A stretch of 64,000 nucleotides of DNA from Guillardia theta CCMP2712 (taxonomy: Eukaryota > Protista > Cryptophyta), in NCBI RefSeq assembly GCF_000315625.1, contig NW_005434641.1, positions 387,113 through 451,112 on the forward strand, in the 5' to 3' direction. A program made the position numbers and the translations under genes. Each line of letters begins with the position of its first letter. Position 1 is the first letter of the stretch. Shown here piece after piece: positions 35,221 through 48,726 of the stretch. The notes below the pieces were generated by a model. It did not search any database and was not told the origin of the DNA. It saw only the letters and a program-made list of their open reading frames with translations.

Positions 35221-35648
35221 ATGTTCGCCGACATCAGGACATTCTCTTCCCTATTCTCTTCCCTTGAGGTGAGACGACGCGACTGCATGCCGGCCTGACT
35301 CTCTGCTAGAGCTGCGTCCTCCTGGTGCCCAACAAGAGCTACAACCAGGACTCTGGTACCACCTACGAGTATTTCAACAGCTGCCCCATTAAGCCCGCGT
35401 AAGAGAATGAGAGAGCTTCGGGGGTCAGGCTCATGTTTGTATCCAGGTCTTGTCCTGCCAACGAGTACGCTCAGTCTAGCGACAACATGTGCACCATGAT
35501 AGGAGGAAGCAGCGTCCAATCTTCGTGAGCTGCTCATCCTGCTGCCCATCCTGCTGCTCATTTTCATCCCTCGGCTCCTCCTCGTGCTCTATGAGCTGCA
35601 TCGCTGACTCGCTTCTTCGGCATTGCCCTGATTCAACTGTCACAGTAG
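35221..35648 (+). CDS. Predicted 59-aa spliced microprotein of unknown function
   Basis: Exons 35221-35268, 35310-35398, 35447-35464, 35503-35524 and 35646-35648 (TAG). All introns are GT-AG and in frame. C/G-ending codon bias. Confidence 0.6.
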
Positions 35649-35689
35649 CCTAATAAATCATTAGAGGATCACCAGCACTGTCACAACCC

Positions 35690-36215
35690 GGATGGTTGAA
35701 CTTTGAACGCTGGGTCACTGGCCGAAGTCCCGGCGAGTCCCCGGGCGCCGGGACTGAGTCCGATCGACCGACCGTGCCGGAGCCCCGGCGGCCCGAGTTT
35801 CAAGTGCCACGGATATTGATGTGATCGGCACGCGGCCGGGCGGCGGCGTTCAGACCGTCGCCGCCGACCCCTCAGGCTCCGACCAACTTCATTGAATCAT
35901 GGGCCCGCCCCATCCGATCAGCCCGGTGGCGGCGGCCTCCTACGGCCGGTGCCACCGACCGTCGACACTGGCGGAGCGTGACTCAACTTGCAACCGTTTC
36001 AGTCACGCTCAAGTTGAAATGCAACTAAGTTGAGCGGCTCAGTCGGCAGTAGCCAGGCAGGCTGAGTTACGCCGTGATCGGACTGCCAGATCACCAGGCT
36101 CAGTGACGGATCGGATCCGGACAGCCCGGCCCATACCAAACATAGTACTTGATGCCCGGCTCGGCCCCGGACCCGGGCCGCGATGATCCGACCGTGACAT
36201 ACGGCCCTAGTACCG
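35690..36215. other. GC-rich CCGG island 3
   Basis: Same vocabulary (CCGG, GACTGAGTC, GATCGGATCCG, CAAGTTGAA). Confidence 0.65.
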
Positions 36216-36654
36216 GGCGAAAATATTCTGGAGTGTAGGGGATGGCCCGCCGCGGTGTTTGTGACATCATGCAGCCTCCTCTGATCCTTGCCGACCACTC
36301 AGAGGCTCCCGCCCCCTGCTGCTACTGGCAACGAAACCTTCTGACCCTCCTCCTCCTCCTCCACCACCACCACCTCCTCCTCCTGCTTCTTGAGCCTCCT
36401 GCTCCTCCTACTGCTGGTCCTGAACGTTGATGCTCCTCCTGCTCCTGCTCGTGGGGGCTCCTGCTCCTGCTGGGGACTGATGGGTCCTGGTCCTGCTCAT
36501 TGGAGGGGGGCTCAATACCCTCCTGTTTGCTCCTTCCTGCCNNNNNNNNNNNNNNNNNNNNNNNNNNNNNNNNNNNNNNNNNNNNNNNNNNNNNNNNNNN
36601 NNNNNNNNNNNNNNNNNNNNNNNNNNNNNNNNNNNNNNNNNGATCGCTCTTGTC

Positions 36655-36669
36655 CGCCCTGCTCCTGCT

Positions 36670-36715
<46 letters not shown>

Positions 36716-36900
36716 ATCCTGCCCCTCAAGACCCTCCTGCTGCTCCTGCTGCTCCTGCTGCTCCTCCTACTGCTGCTCCTGCTCCTGCTCCTGCTCCTCC
36801 TGACCCTTCTGACCCTCCTCTTCTTGACCCTGCTCCTGAACCTCTTGATCCTCCTGCTCCTTCACTGCTGCTCCTCCTACTGCTGCTCCTGCTTTTACTC
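36655..36900 (+). repeat. (CTGCTC/CTC)n low-complexity repeat
   Basis: Directly visible. Confidence 0.8.
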
Positions 36901-37008
36901 CTGATCGTGGTGCTGCTCCTCGTCCGTCGCAATTCTCATGACGATCTCTCTCTTCCCTTGTAATGACTTGGGGAGATAGAAGCAGGATACTTGCAAAGAA
37001 AAATACCG

Positions 37009-37259
<251 letters not shown>

Positions 37260-37304
37260 CGATGGATGGATGGATGGAATTTCGAAGGGGTCCACATTTC
37301 TCGT

Positions 37305-38561
37305 ATGACAAGAGTGTTGCTTGCAGCTTTAGCGATGATGATCAAACTCGCTGCTCTCTTCCTCCTCCTCAATTCGGCATGTGGATTTCTGCCGTCGTCG
37401 CACATTCGCTTCAGCACGATGACACAAAGGAGAATGACTTCCGCCTGCTCTCATAAGAGCATGAAGATGGTACTCTTGCCTACCAGCGACCAGGTACGCG
37501 TCTACTTCTCCTCGTCTCTACCTCTTCCTCCTCTTAGCCCTCCCTGCCCTCCTATCCTCCGCCATCTCTTCATCGCCTCCTCCTACTGATTCGTTTTCCC
37601 GTCCACGTTTTTCTTGTCCACTTCCTCTCTCCCTCATCGCAGGCGCTTCTTCTCGCCGCGGACGCTGAGCCAGCTGTCACCCCGGTCACAGCAGGAGAGA
37701 CACCCAACCTCCTGATGCAGGTGTCCTCCTCTCCTCTCTCTCCCTTGCCTCCTCGGCTCTCTTCTGTTCTGCTCCTCTTGCCTGATGTTTCGCTCTCTTT
37801 CGCTCCTTCAGATCACTGGCACAGAGAACGTTCTTGTTTCCGTCCTCGCCATCTTCGCTCTCGTCATGGGCATTGCTGTCACCGGAGGCGTCGGGTATCT
37901 CACCTACCTCAACTGGAAGGTGCAGACATGATTCAATCTCATCGTCATCCGCTCTTATTGCCTTCCTCTCTGTCTCTGTCTCTGTCTCTCTCACGCTCTC
38001 TTCCGTCCTCCAGGACGAACAGTACATCAAGAGAGTCACGGACCCGAGCAGCCCAGAGTATCGTGAGCTACAAATGAGAGCCAGAGCGCTGGAGAGGAGC
38101 GAGGTGATATCCGCGTCTTCTGCCTTCGCATTCCCCATGACCCACTCCTCCTCTCTCCCCCTTCTCCATCCCCAGCTGCCCTTGTCTGTCCTTTCTGACT
38201 TATCTTGTGGTCTCAGTCAGGGAAGAAGAAGAGCGTTCTTGACGCTATCGAGGAGATGGAGAAACCTGCCAGACCCACCATGAACATTCCCTCCGAGCCA
38301 GGTGACCTTGACTTTGGCTTCCCTCTGCTTCTATTGCCTTTGTCTCTATCCCGTGCTTGTACTTCTCACACATGGGAAGGGAATCGAGACGCTCGACGTG
38401 CTCGAGCCAAGCGAGAGCGTCAGGAGCAGAAGAAGTCGACGGGCAAGAAGCAGGTGAGGAGAAGAAGGACGGGAAAGAAGAGTGACGTCATGCAGTTGGA
38501 AGGGTTGGATGCGACCAGCGAGGAGGGCAACAAGTCATTCTTCAATAATTTCTTCAAGTGA
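37305..38561 (+). CDS. Plastid-targeted single-pass membrane protein of unknown function (multi-exon)
   Basis: Signal peptide ending SACG-F (ASA-F type), Ser/Arg/Thr-rich transit peptide, TM segment VLAIFALVMGIAVTGGVGYLTYLNWK, C-terminus SFFNNFFK*. Confidence 0.65.
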
Positions 38562-38644
38562 AGTGAAGGCTCAAAGCAATAGCACGTATCAAATATGAAA
38601 GTTTATTTGTGTTCACACTCGTAGAAGAAGAAGCGTCAAACTCC

Positions 38645-41401
38645 TTACAAAGTGGCGCCGTTAGCATCCTGGTTCTGGTCGAGGAAGAGGAGTTCCTTGT
38701 AGGTGGCGATCGGCCACAAGTGAGCAGGGCAGATCTCCTCGGCAGCATCGCAGGCCTTGCGAGCCTCGTCCATGATCTCGAGACGGAGGGTGCGAGCGAG
38801 CTGAGCCTTCTTAGCGATATCCTCCTCATGGTGGACCGCGTCGAGTCCCTTGCGAACAGCCTGGTGAGCAGCCTCAAGGCTCTTGCAGTCCAACGCTGCC
38901 TCCTTCATGGCAGGGATGATCTGCTGCCTCAACATGTCAAGGAGGGAGAGGGCCTCCATCTCCACCATCCCGGTATAGTGCACGTAGTTCACATCTCTGC
39001 GGGCAGCTAGCTCTTCCTTGCTCATGATGCCAAGTCCGCCGAACAACTTGACGTTCTTCTCGTCAGTAAGCTTGCCCATGGCCTCAACGCCGTTGTCAAT
39101 TCTCCAGATCTATCAAATCTCGGTCAGGTTCATCCATGCGCACACAAAGAAACTTACTCCACGCTTGTTTGCCTCGTCCTTCCATGTGGGATCATAACCA
39201 TTCCCATTGAAGATAACACGCCAGTGCTGGTCGAGAGCCTGCTTAGCAACATCGACAGGCTTCTGACCGGCCTCAATCTTGTCGGAGAACTCTCTGAGAG
39301 CATCCGCAGTGATGGCGCAGAGAACAGTGTTGACCAACGAGACGTTCTGAGCAGATCCAACAGCACGGAACTCAAATCGATGACCACCGTAGGGGAATGG
39401 CGAGGTTCTGTTGCGATCCTCAGCAGGGACCTGAGTCATGGATCATCAGCACCACAGCAGGTCCGACCAATGTAAGGCATCTCACCTCGAAGTCAGGAAC
39501 AATGTCGACACCAGACTTGAGCATCTTCTTTGGCGGGGCGTAGTTGTCCGCAGTTCCCTTGCGGAAGTCGTCCAAGAACTTGGTGAGCGAGTCTCCAAGG
39601 TAGGTGGAGATGATGGCAGGTGGCGCCTCGCAAGCACCAAGACGGAAGTCGTTGCCTGGAGAGGCGATCGCACTTCGCATCAAGTCACCGTGCTTGTCAA
39701 CCGCAGAGACGAGCGCGGCCATGAGCACGGGGAAAATCTCTTTCTTTCCGCTAGCCTTGGTGATCTGAGCCGCGTTGAGCAAGTTGATTCCTTCCTTGGT
39801 TCCCAAGGACCAGTTGTTATGCTTGCCAGAGCCATTGATTCCAGCAAATGGCTTCTCCTGGAAGAGGCACGCCAAGCCGAAACGAGCAGCAACTTCATCA
39901 CAGATTTGCATAGCCATCAAGTTCTGATCAATCTGTGAAGTGCAGTGTCCGAAGTATGGAGCCATCTCGTACTGATTTGGTGCGACCTCACGATGGCGGG
40001 TCTTCAATGGGATGCCGAGGAGGAAGGCCTGATCATTGATTTAGTAACAGACGCTTACCACAAATGTAAAGTATTCACCTCTTCCTGCATGGCCTTGATG
40101 CACTCAAGCGCATGCTGGTTCAAAGGAGCAAAGTAGTGATCGCACATCTCCTGACCCCTGGGCTGATACAAACACTCAGCTCACATGACGCGACAGAGGA
40201 AACACTTACAGCCATTCTTCCGATAACAGTTCTGCCAGTCATCTGCAGATCCAAGCGACGAGCATACGCATCGCGAGGGACCAAGAAGAACTCCTGCTCA
40301 AGACCGATGTTGCTCTGGACACCCGACACGTCGTATCCGAGGTTCTTGAGGAAGCGAACTCCTTCCTTGTTCAAGGCCTGCTCAGCCCTGAGAAGAGGGG
40401 TCTTCTCATCGAGAGCATGTCCAGTCCACGAGATGAAGATGCTGTAGCAAGCTTAGCTTCACCCAATGAGTGCAAGCATTCATTTACCATGGAATGTGGA
40501 CAGTATCTCCCCTGATGAAGATGGGAGAGGAAGGATCAATGACTTAAAACTCCAGTCAGATCATGCAATTCCAAACATCTTTTCTCACTCGTGTATCCTC
40601 CAGCCGTGTGCGTAGCACGAAGTCCTCCGTTGGGGTAGGAGGAGCCATCAGTCTCACCCTTTATCATGGTCTCTCCATCGAACTTGTAGTTGGGCTTGCC
40701 GTCCTTGCCAAAGGTGAAGAAGTAGTTGTGAACCTGGCCGGTCATGCCATGCCTAACACCGTTGCTGATTTGAACATATTAGATCGATAGAAAGTTGTGA
40801 CAAACATCAAGACGTACGCTCCAAGGGGCTGGAACCAGTGCGTGTAAACGTTGGCTTCGTTGTCACGGCCCCACTCCATGACGGCAGCAGCAACTAAAGG
40901 AATGGAATCAACTTGTTGAAGACCTTCCATACGGAACAAGACACACCTTTGTCAGCCTTGGTCTCAACCCATTTGGGATCAGCCAGAAGAGCGGCAGACT
41001 CTCCTTGCTTCTTCAAGTACTACGCAAAGCAAGTTACTTTGAGGATCCAACAAAAATATGACATGTATTCATTTTTTTCAGTCAGAAAACAGCAAGAATT
41101 TATCACAAACACATTTTTTCTTTGCAATCATATTTTCATATGTGTGTTCGCACACTGCACACAGCCGCCAACCCCAACTCGAGACACCATCGCCACACTA
41201 TCGGATACGACCCACGGGTTCCGCATCCCTGACACGACTGAACCGCCTGCTCACCTTGTCAGCCACGGCTCCGGTGAAGGTCTTGGAGCCGAACTGAGCA
41301 TCCCATCCAGTGCTCATGTTTCTGGCGCTCATGTGCTGGACGCGGGATGCTGCGCGCAACGCAAGCGCCATGGCAGATCGGCTGACACGTGGAATCGCCA
41401 T
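38645..41401 (-). CDS. Glutamine synthetase type III (multi-exon) with mitochondrial-type presequence
   Basis: YTHWFQPLG, GETDGSSYPNGGLRATHTAGGY, DEKTPLLR, GLEQEFFL, RHREVAPNQYE, EKPFAGINGSGKHNNWS, RLGACEAPPAI, DRNRTSPFPYGGHRFEFRAVG. Introns checked in frame. Confidence 0.96.
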
Positions 41402-41439
41402 GATGCCTTCTTCCACACTCGCCGCGGCAGAGCTAATAT

Positions 41440-42960
41440 ACCCCTTCTTTCCCCACCCTCTCCATGACTACATACGCCACATACCCCTATCACCCCCCTT
41501 AATCCCTGTCTTACCACCCACTCAGATACACAAGAAAAGATGGTAACCCCCTCCCTTGTCACCCCCACCCCCCAATGATTTATTTTCTCTTTGCTGCTCA
41601 CCACCCTACCCTCCCTTTGTCCCCTTTACTACCCCAGTGAACAGCAACCGTCCCCCGAAGCTGTACCCGAAACGCCCACCCCCATGTCCATGGTACTCGA
41701 TGCCTCGGTACAAAACATACCCCCACTACCCCCCGTTTGTGCTGCCCTGCTTTACTGGGTCTATACACCAACCCCAAAGAAACGTTACCACCCCTCCTAG
41801 TACCCCCACCCATATCTTCAATTCCAGCAAAGAATGGTTGTGACTAGGACCCCACCCTGATCACCCAGTACCCCCCCGTTGACTTAATTTCACCCTCCGT
41901 TCCGTTTGAAAGGTGACACCTGCTACCAGTCCTGACATTCCTCAGGTTAACCCCCACCCCCCCCTTCGCTATTGTACCCCACGTCTGGGAAACTCCAATG
42001 AAGCTTCTTGCACAGGTGGTCGATCGACCAGGCATACGATTTACCCCTACCCCCTTAATTCCAGTTCTTACAATGGGTGTAAAGAGCCTTTTATATTACT
42101 CTCGCCTTGTCGTTCGCTTTCAAATGGTTGTCCCGTAGGACCTCATACAGTCTTTTATTATTAGTAGTTTCATGACAAGGGTACAACTAACTGAAACCCA
42201 AGGGGTAGGTGGTATCATAATGTTGAAAGCTGAAGGGGTGGTAATTCAAGGAGAACTTCACATTGGTGGGTGGGGGTGGTCCCTGTCATCGGGAAGGGGA
42301 AAGTTGTGTAGATGGCCGCCCAAGCCGAAGGGGTACAATTTGTGTTGAAGGGGTACGGAGAGGGTAAGTGAGGTGGGGTAGGTCTGCTTGGGGTTACGTG
42401 TGGTACGTGAGGTGGTCATCAAGGGCAACGTGTAGGTGGGGTACACATGGGGAGGGGTTCAAGGATGGAGGGACGCATTGGTACGTATTTCAGATCGTAG
42501 AGGAATAGAGAAGATTTCGACCTTGAGTACGATCAGTGAGGGGGGAGGACTAGATACCCCACCCCGTGACTTATGTCGGCAACTTTGGAAGAATATGGGG
42601 TAGTCTTTCTTACGATTGGGGCAAGGGGGGGTTGGGGGTGGTCAAGAAAGAGTCGGGGGTTCCATCGGACATTGGCTCTTGGACCCCCATTTTCACAGGA
42701 GAACGTGGGGGACCTGGTGTTTGAGTAAATACCTGGTAGGCAGCCTTTCACCATCGGGTTACTTGGCTCCGGGGCCCGGGACTGAGGGGTGATGAGGTTT
42801 CTAAAGGCAGCAGACTTGTGGGCATGAGAATCTAGAGGAGGAGAGGAGGAGAAGAGAGAAGAGAAGAAGATACGAGAGAAGAGGATTGGAGAATAGGCCT
42901 GATTTCTGCTCTCTTTGCTGAGACATTCCTGCTGAGACGGGGGGGGGTTGCATGAAGTCA
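41440..42960. promoter_or_regulatory. Divergent promoter region (GSIII / WDR82) with C-rich to G-rich skew switch
   Basis: Lies between two start codons. ACCCC-rich to ~42120, then GGGGT-rich. Confidence 0.5.
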
Positions 42961-43038
42961 CATACTGGCAGGCATGGTATGAAGTCTCGTTGGTACGTCG
43001 TTGGTGCACACTAGTCAAGGACATAGCGATCCGGAAGG

Positions 43039-44474
43039 ATGTCATACAGTGACCAGATTTGCAACAATTTGCAACAAGTAAGAGTCTTCAAGGACTCAAA
43101 TGGTTCAGCTGTTACTTCCATCGACTTCTCAAAAGATGGGAGATTTCTTGTTTCAGGGAGCAACGATTCCGGTCTGAGGTTGTACGATGCCGTTGAAACT
43201 GGTAGCCTGATGAAAACTCTGTATGCCAAGAAACTTGGAATCGCACATGTTCGGTTCACACATGCAAACTCTGCGGTGCTCTGCGCATCCAGCAACAGAA
43301 TGGACCATTCGATTCGGTATTGGTCCATGCACGACAATCGCTACCTGCGGCACTACAAGGGGCATCGGCAGCCCGTGATAGGGCTTCATGTATCGCCTGC
43401 TGGGGATACGTTCTTATCAGCTTCAGCAGATTCTACAGTTCGTCTTTGGGACATTCGATCGGATGCATGCACGGGGATGCTCCGGCTTCCTGTGATGTCC
43501 GCAAGGCCCAACGTTGCGTTCGATGACAAGGGGCTTGTGTTTGCTGTGACGATGAATTCTATGATCAACCTCTACTCCACCACAGAATACGACAAGGGTC
43601 CCTTCAGCACCTTCAGCACTGATTTGAAGTGCGCCTTCAGCGCCCGTTCAATGAAGTTCAGCTCCGACGGCAAGTACCTCCTACTGGCCGGAGGGAGCGA
43701 TACGATCGCTGTCGTGGATTCGTTTACAGTGAGTGAGAGAAAGCGTCATCAGATTCGTTGACGCGTCTGGCGCAGGGTAATCATGTCGAGTTTCATCCTT
43801 CGGAGCCCTTCGTGGAGATAACCGACGCCTGCATGACACCGGTCGCTCCCTGCGACTCGAGGTTTTGGCGCTGAAACTTTCATGGTCAGGACTGTCGATA
43901 CATTGTTGCCGGCACCAGCGAGAATAGCAGGCAGTGACTCGCTGCTCCCAGCCTTCCTCGATTGACCTCACTTTCATTGACAGAGAAAATGTAGCGGAGG
44001 GCGGCCTGCGGATATGGAAGTTTGTCTTCGATCCGTACGCTTCCTGTCTCCTTAGCTGGAATTGTGACGTCTTTTCCTCGCAGAGATAATCAGAAGGTGC
44101 TATCCAACGAGGTCAGTATACAGCCAGACGCGTGTTCCATCTATCAACGTCTCCCCTTCGTGCCTGTGCTCCTACATGCGTTCAGTCATGTGGAGCAGAT
44201 GCCTTCACGTCTTCTGAACTCTGCGAGCAGGTCATGGTCTGCAAAGACATCCATCAAGGACCTGTCAACTGCGTCGAATGCAGTCCGACTCACCTGCTGA
44301 TCGCAACCGCCTGCAGTGAGTCTGTCGGGTGCTGCCCTCGTCAATCTCACGCCTTCGCAGAGAACCTCAACTACTGGATGCCTGCAGGTCAGCAGCTCAG
44401 AGCTAATTGATTGGTTCTGCTCCTCACAACGGCAAGGGAGCCTCGAAGGGCTTCAGAGCCACCCGGCAAATTAG
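43039..44474 (+). CDS. WDR82: WD40 protein WDR82/Swd2 (COMPASS / CPF subunit), multi-exon
   Basis: VTSIDFSKDG, KTLYAKKLG..VRFTH, SIRYWSMHDNRYLRHYKGH, FLSASADSTVRLWDIR, AFDDKGLVFAV, YDKGPF, MKFSSDGKYLL. Confidence 0.9.
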
Positions 44475-44639
44475 AATCAGATCAGAAGAACCTCAAGCGG
44501 TACCGTCCGCCCGGAGTAACAGCAGCATGGCGATAGGAGAAGTTTAGGCGGTTAATGGTTCAGGTCTCCACCATTCAGTCATAGCTAGGATCAGCCTGGG
44601 GCCAGTTCAACTTTTTGATTGCTTTGCTGGCCTGGCCTG

Positions 44640-45295
44640 AGCGGCAGAATCATGCCATGTGACACTGCCGGCGAGACCGACGAAGCTCAGCTGTGACGGT
44701 GGCTAATGGTTTGGCCACCAGCCTGTGACGGTTCCTCTGAGTCTGGCGATGCTATGATTTTACTCTTCACTACACTGGAATTCGTTTTTAATCCAACCTG
44801 GCCTGCGGCCGCCTGTTCAACGGTTCACGGTTTGATCCTTGCCCCCCCCCCCCCCGGGCCCGCCGGGCCCCGACCGCCCGGGATCCTGGCACTGTCCGGC
44901 CGGGCCCCCTGAGGCTCACATTGGGCCGCCGCTTTCCGAAGGCTTTTAAGGCTTGGAAGTTCCCCCACTGGGCCAAGTTCCGAAGTTCCGAGCCTCTTCC
45001 AAGCCTCCCGGCTCCGGAGGGCCCGTGGCACGGCACGGACGCCAATCATCAGTGCTAACCGTTTAATGAAACTTGCGGCAATTTGAAAGCTCCCTCAATG
45101 GGCGGCCGGCCTCACGCCGGCAGCGGCGGCCACCCGGCGGCAACTCAGTGACTTGCCATGCCACTGGCAGTCCGACAGTACGGTACTGCGGTGAACTTGG
45201 AAGGCTCAGACTCGGCTCAGCGGCCCGGGCGCCCCGCCGGGGCCCGGCGCCGCGGGCCCGGCCCGTACGCCGGTCCGATCAGGCTGAGTCGCCCT
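44640..45295. other. GC-rich CCGG island 4
   Basis: Same vocabulary, upstream of PFK. Confidence 0.6.
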
Positions 45296-45506
45296 CCCCC
45301 ACAGCTCCCCAGGAGCCGCAACTTGAAAATGCAACAGGGCAGGTACGGAAGAGGAGGAGAGGGGAGGGAGAGGGGAGGGAGACAAGAGGGAAAGGAAGAG
45401 AAGGAGGGAAATGTTACGAGAAAAGTTGAGGGAAGGAAGTTTGAAAGAATGCAGAATGGGCGACTGTAACACAAGGAAGAAGGAAGGACGTTCGGAGAGC
45501 AATAAG

Positions 45507-46028
45507 ATGCATCCAGAGGTCGTAGAAACACATGGAGGCACACTGAAACTTGACGGACCGAGGACGATCTTCTAACGCCTTTCTTTGGTGCTGCAGCAAA
45601 GTTCTCGGGCTCATGCGCAGCGGTGAGAGGAGGGAGCTGTCGCTCAAACCCTGTCAAGGAGTCCCACTGATCTTGCTGCCGTCAGGGTCAACGATGATGA
45701 GCAAGAACGAGACCTCTCAGGAAGTCTCCTACCATGACTCGGGGTTTCACGTGAGTTGCTCGGGAGCAGACGAGCTGTGGCTCGAGGCCTCTGACGGTGA
45801 CTGGCAGCTGGGGCAAGTGCTGACCCTCGATGTTTGCAAAGTGGATCATGCTGCAGAGACTTGCTACGACAACCCCCTCCAGAACGTCGAGTTCATGTCG
45901 GACAGCGACGTTGTTTCTCCTCTTCCTCCTCCCCTTCCGCTCACATTGTTGGTCAGATCATCCTCGAGAAGGTTGTCTTGAAGCCGGACCAGGAGGGAGG
46001 AGATTGCTTCGCCTTTGTGCGAGCAGGT

Positions 46029-46100
<72 letters not shown>

Positions 46101-48689
46101 TACTCCGCGGACCCTCACAGTCCTTGCAGGGCCGCGAGCTAAGATCGCCTTCTTGGGTTCCGAGACGAGGATCGGCATAGTGACCTGCGGTGGACTTTGT
46201 CCTGGTCTTGTGAGAAGCGGAGGAGGAGGGTAGAGGAGCGGGAGGGAGAGGAGGGAGAGGAGGGAGAGGAGGGAGAGGAGGGAGAGGAGTTGGAGGGAGA
46301 GGAGTTGGAGGGAGAGGAGTTGGAGAGTGGAGAGTGACGGGGCGGGCAGAACACCGTCATCCAAGAGATCGTCATGACGGCTAGCAGGCAGTACGGGGTG
46401 AAGGAGGGGAACGTGCTGGGGATACGAGGAGGGTTCAAAGGGTTTCTCGATCCCTCGTTGCAGGTAGCAGGACGCGCTCTGACCGCTGCCCTGCTGAAGC
46501 CTCTTCCCAGCCTCCTGTGGTCTTGACGCCCTCCTCCGTACGAGATATTCACAACCTGGGAGGGACCATCCTTGGATCGAACAGGTTGCAGAGGATGAAG
46601 AGGAAAAGGAGGAGGACGGGGAGGGAGAAGGGGACGGGGAGGGAGAGGAGGGTGAGGAGGAGGGTGAGAAGGGTGAGGAGGGTGAGGAAGAGGGTGAGGA
46701 GGGTGAGGAGGATCTGACGAGATTCTGCAGGGGAGGATTCGATTGCGAAAAGATCGTGGATGCGATAGAAAGGTGTCTCAACTGACTTGCGGGGAGGGAG
46801 CCTGAGGCAGGGGAGCAGGATCAAGTTGGACCAGCTGTATGTGATCGGGGGGGACGGGACTCACGCGGCCGCGTTGAAGCTCTTGGAGGAGGCGAGAGAG
46901 AGGAAACTCAAGGTAAGAGACGCTGGGGGTTTTGAAGCTCAAACGTTATACTGTCGAGCTGTTGTTGAACGCCCTTCCCTTGCACCATATTTCCCTTTTC
47001 CCCCTTAGCCCTCTCGCATACTCTTCCCTCTCCTCTTTCTCTTCCATTTAGTCCTCTCGTCACTCCTCCCCTCTTCTCCTCTCCCCTTCGTCCCCTCGTC
47101 CTCCCTCGTCTCACTCCCTCCAGGTTTCCATCATTGGCATCCCCAAGACTATCGACAACGACATCTGCGTCATCGATCGCTCCTTCGGCTTTGACACTGC
47201 GGTTCCCCTCCCCTGCTGCCCCCCTTCCTTCCTCCCCTCCTTGACACCAGCTGCAGGTCCAGGAGGCCATCAATGCCATCAAAAGCGCAAAGACAGAAGC
47301 GCTCTCGACATCCAACGGTGAGAGGAGGAGGAGGAGGAGGAGGGGGAAGCATTGAATCTGCTAGCTCATTCAAGCACTCCACCTCTACTCGCTCTCTCTT
47401 GCACCTCAATCCCTCTATCTCAATCCTTCCTTAATCATCTGCTGCTCTCCTGCTCATCACAATCTTATCCTCATGGTAGGTGTTGGGATCGTGAAGCTCA
47501 TGGGCAGGAGCTCCGGTTACCTCACGGCTCACGCCACGTTTGGCTCACGAGACGTCGACGTCTGTCTCATCCCCGAGATTGACTTCGACCTCGAGGTCTG
47601 CTGCTGCTGCTGCTCCTCCTCCTCCTCCTGCTGCTGGTGCTGGTGCTGGTGCTGGTGCTGGTGCTGGTGCTGGTGCTGGTGCTGGTGCTGGTGCTGCTGC
47701 CGCTGCTGCTGCTGCTGCTACTGCCACCACCGCCGCCTCGTCTGTGTACCTCGTACCTCGTTCCTACTTCCGTATGCCCACTCGTCCTTCATCTCCTTTT
47801 CCTCCCTCCTCCATACACTATCTTGCTCAGCTGGTGTTCAGGGACCCCACGGCCTCTGGTCGCACATCCGCAAGCTGTTGAAGGCTCAGGTAAGCAGGAG
47901 GGGGAAAGAGAAAGAATGACGATGAAAGGGGAAGGGAAGGGAAGGGGAAGCAAAGGCATGAGAAGGATGGGGTGGGAGGAAAGTGGGGGAAAGAGAGAAG
48001 ATGAAGGGGAAGGGGGAAGGTGGGAGGTGAAAGGGAGGAGACAGGGAGGGAGGGGGAGGATGGGTGATTGAGGGGACGGAGACGATTCTGATTCCGCGGG
48101 TGCAGGGCCATGCAGTGATTGCGATTGCGGAAGGAACTCAAATTCGATGTGAGTCAGCCGAGCCTTTGCTCTCAAATTTCAATCCTCCTGCTGCTCCTGC
48201 TGCTCCTGCTGCTCCTGCTGCTCCTCCTGCTCCTCCTGCTCCTGCTGCTCCTCCTGCTGCTCCTCTTGCCCCTGTCTCTTTCCTACTCCTCCTGCCCGTC
48301 CAGCTGCTCCCTCCCTTCCTCTTCCTTCCTTCTTCCCTTGGTTGGTTTTCTTGCTATCCATTGAGATTGACCGAGCAGCCTCCTCCTCCTCCAGCAAGGA
48401 AGTCAAAAGTCAGTCAGATGAGTCGGTAGGGATGCAAGGGACCAAGTCAATCAGTGAAGGTTTGTTATCCCATCTCCCCCCCTCCCCTCCACCCCTCCTC
48501 CTGCTTGCGCCCCCCCCCCCCCGCCCACCCTCTCCCCCGCTCCCACCGCATCGGCGCTCCTCCCCTCTTCGTCACTTCCTCCCTCTGTTTCTGTTCCTCC
48601 TCCTTCTCCTCCTTGACCCCCTGCCTCACGTTTGTGTGCAAAGATGTCGGCAAGTGGTTCCGTGAAGCAGTGAAAGAAGCCATGAAGGT

Positions 48690-48726
<37 letters not shown>

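Noticed and set aside
35356-35380. Apparent 25-nt GT-AG intron in the microprotein gene
   Set aside because: Reading through it keeps the frame needed by the downstream exons, and it is much shorter than other introns here.
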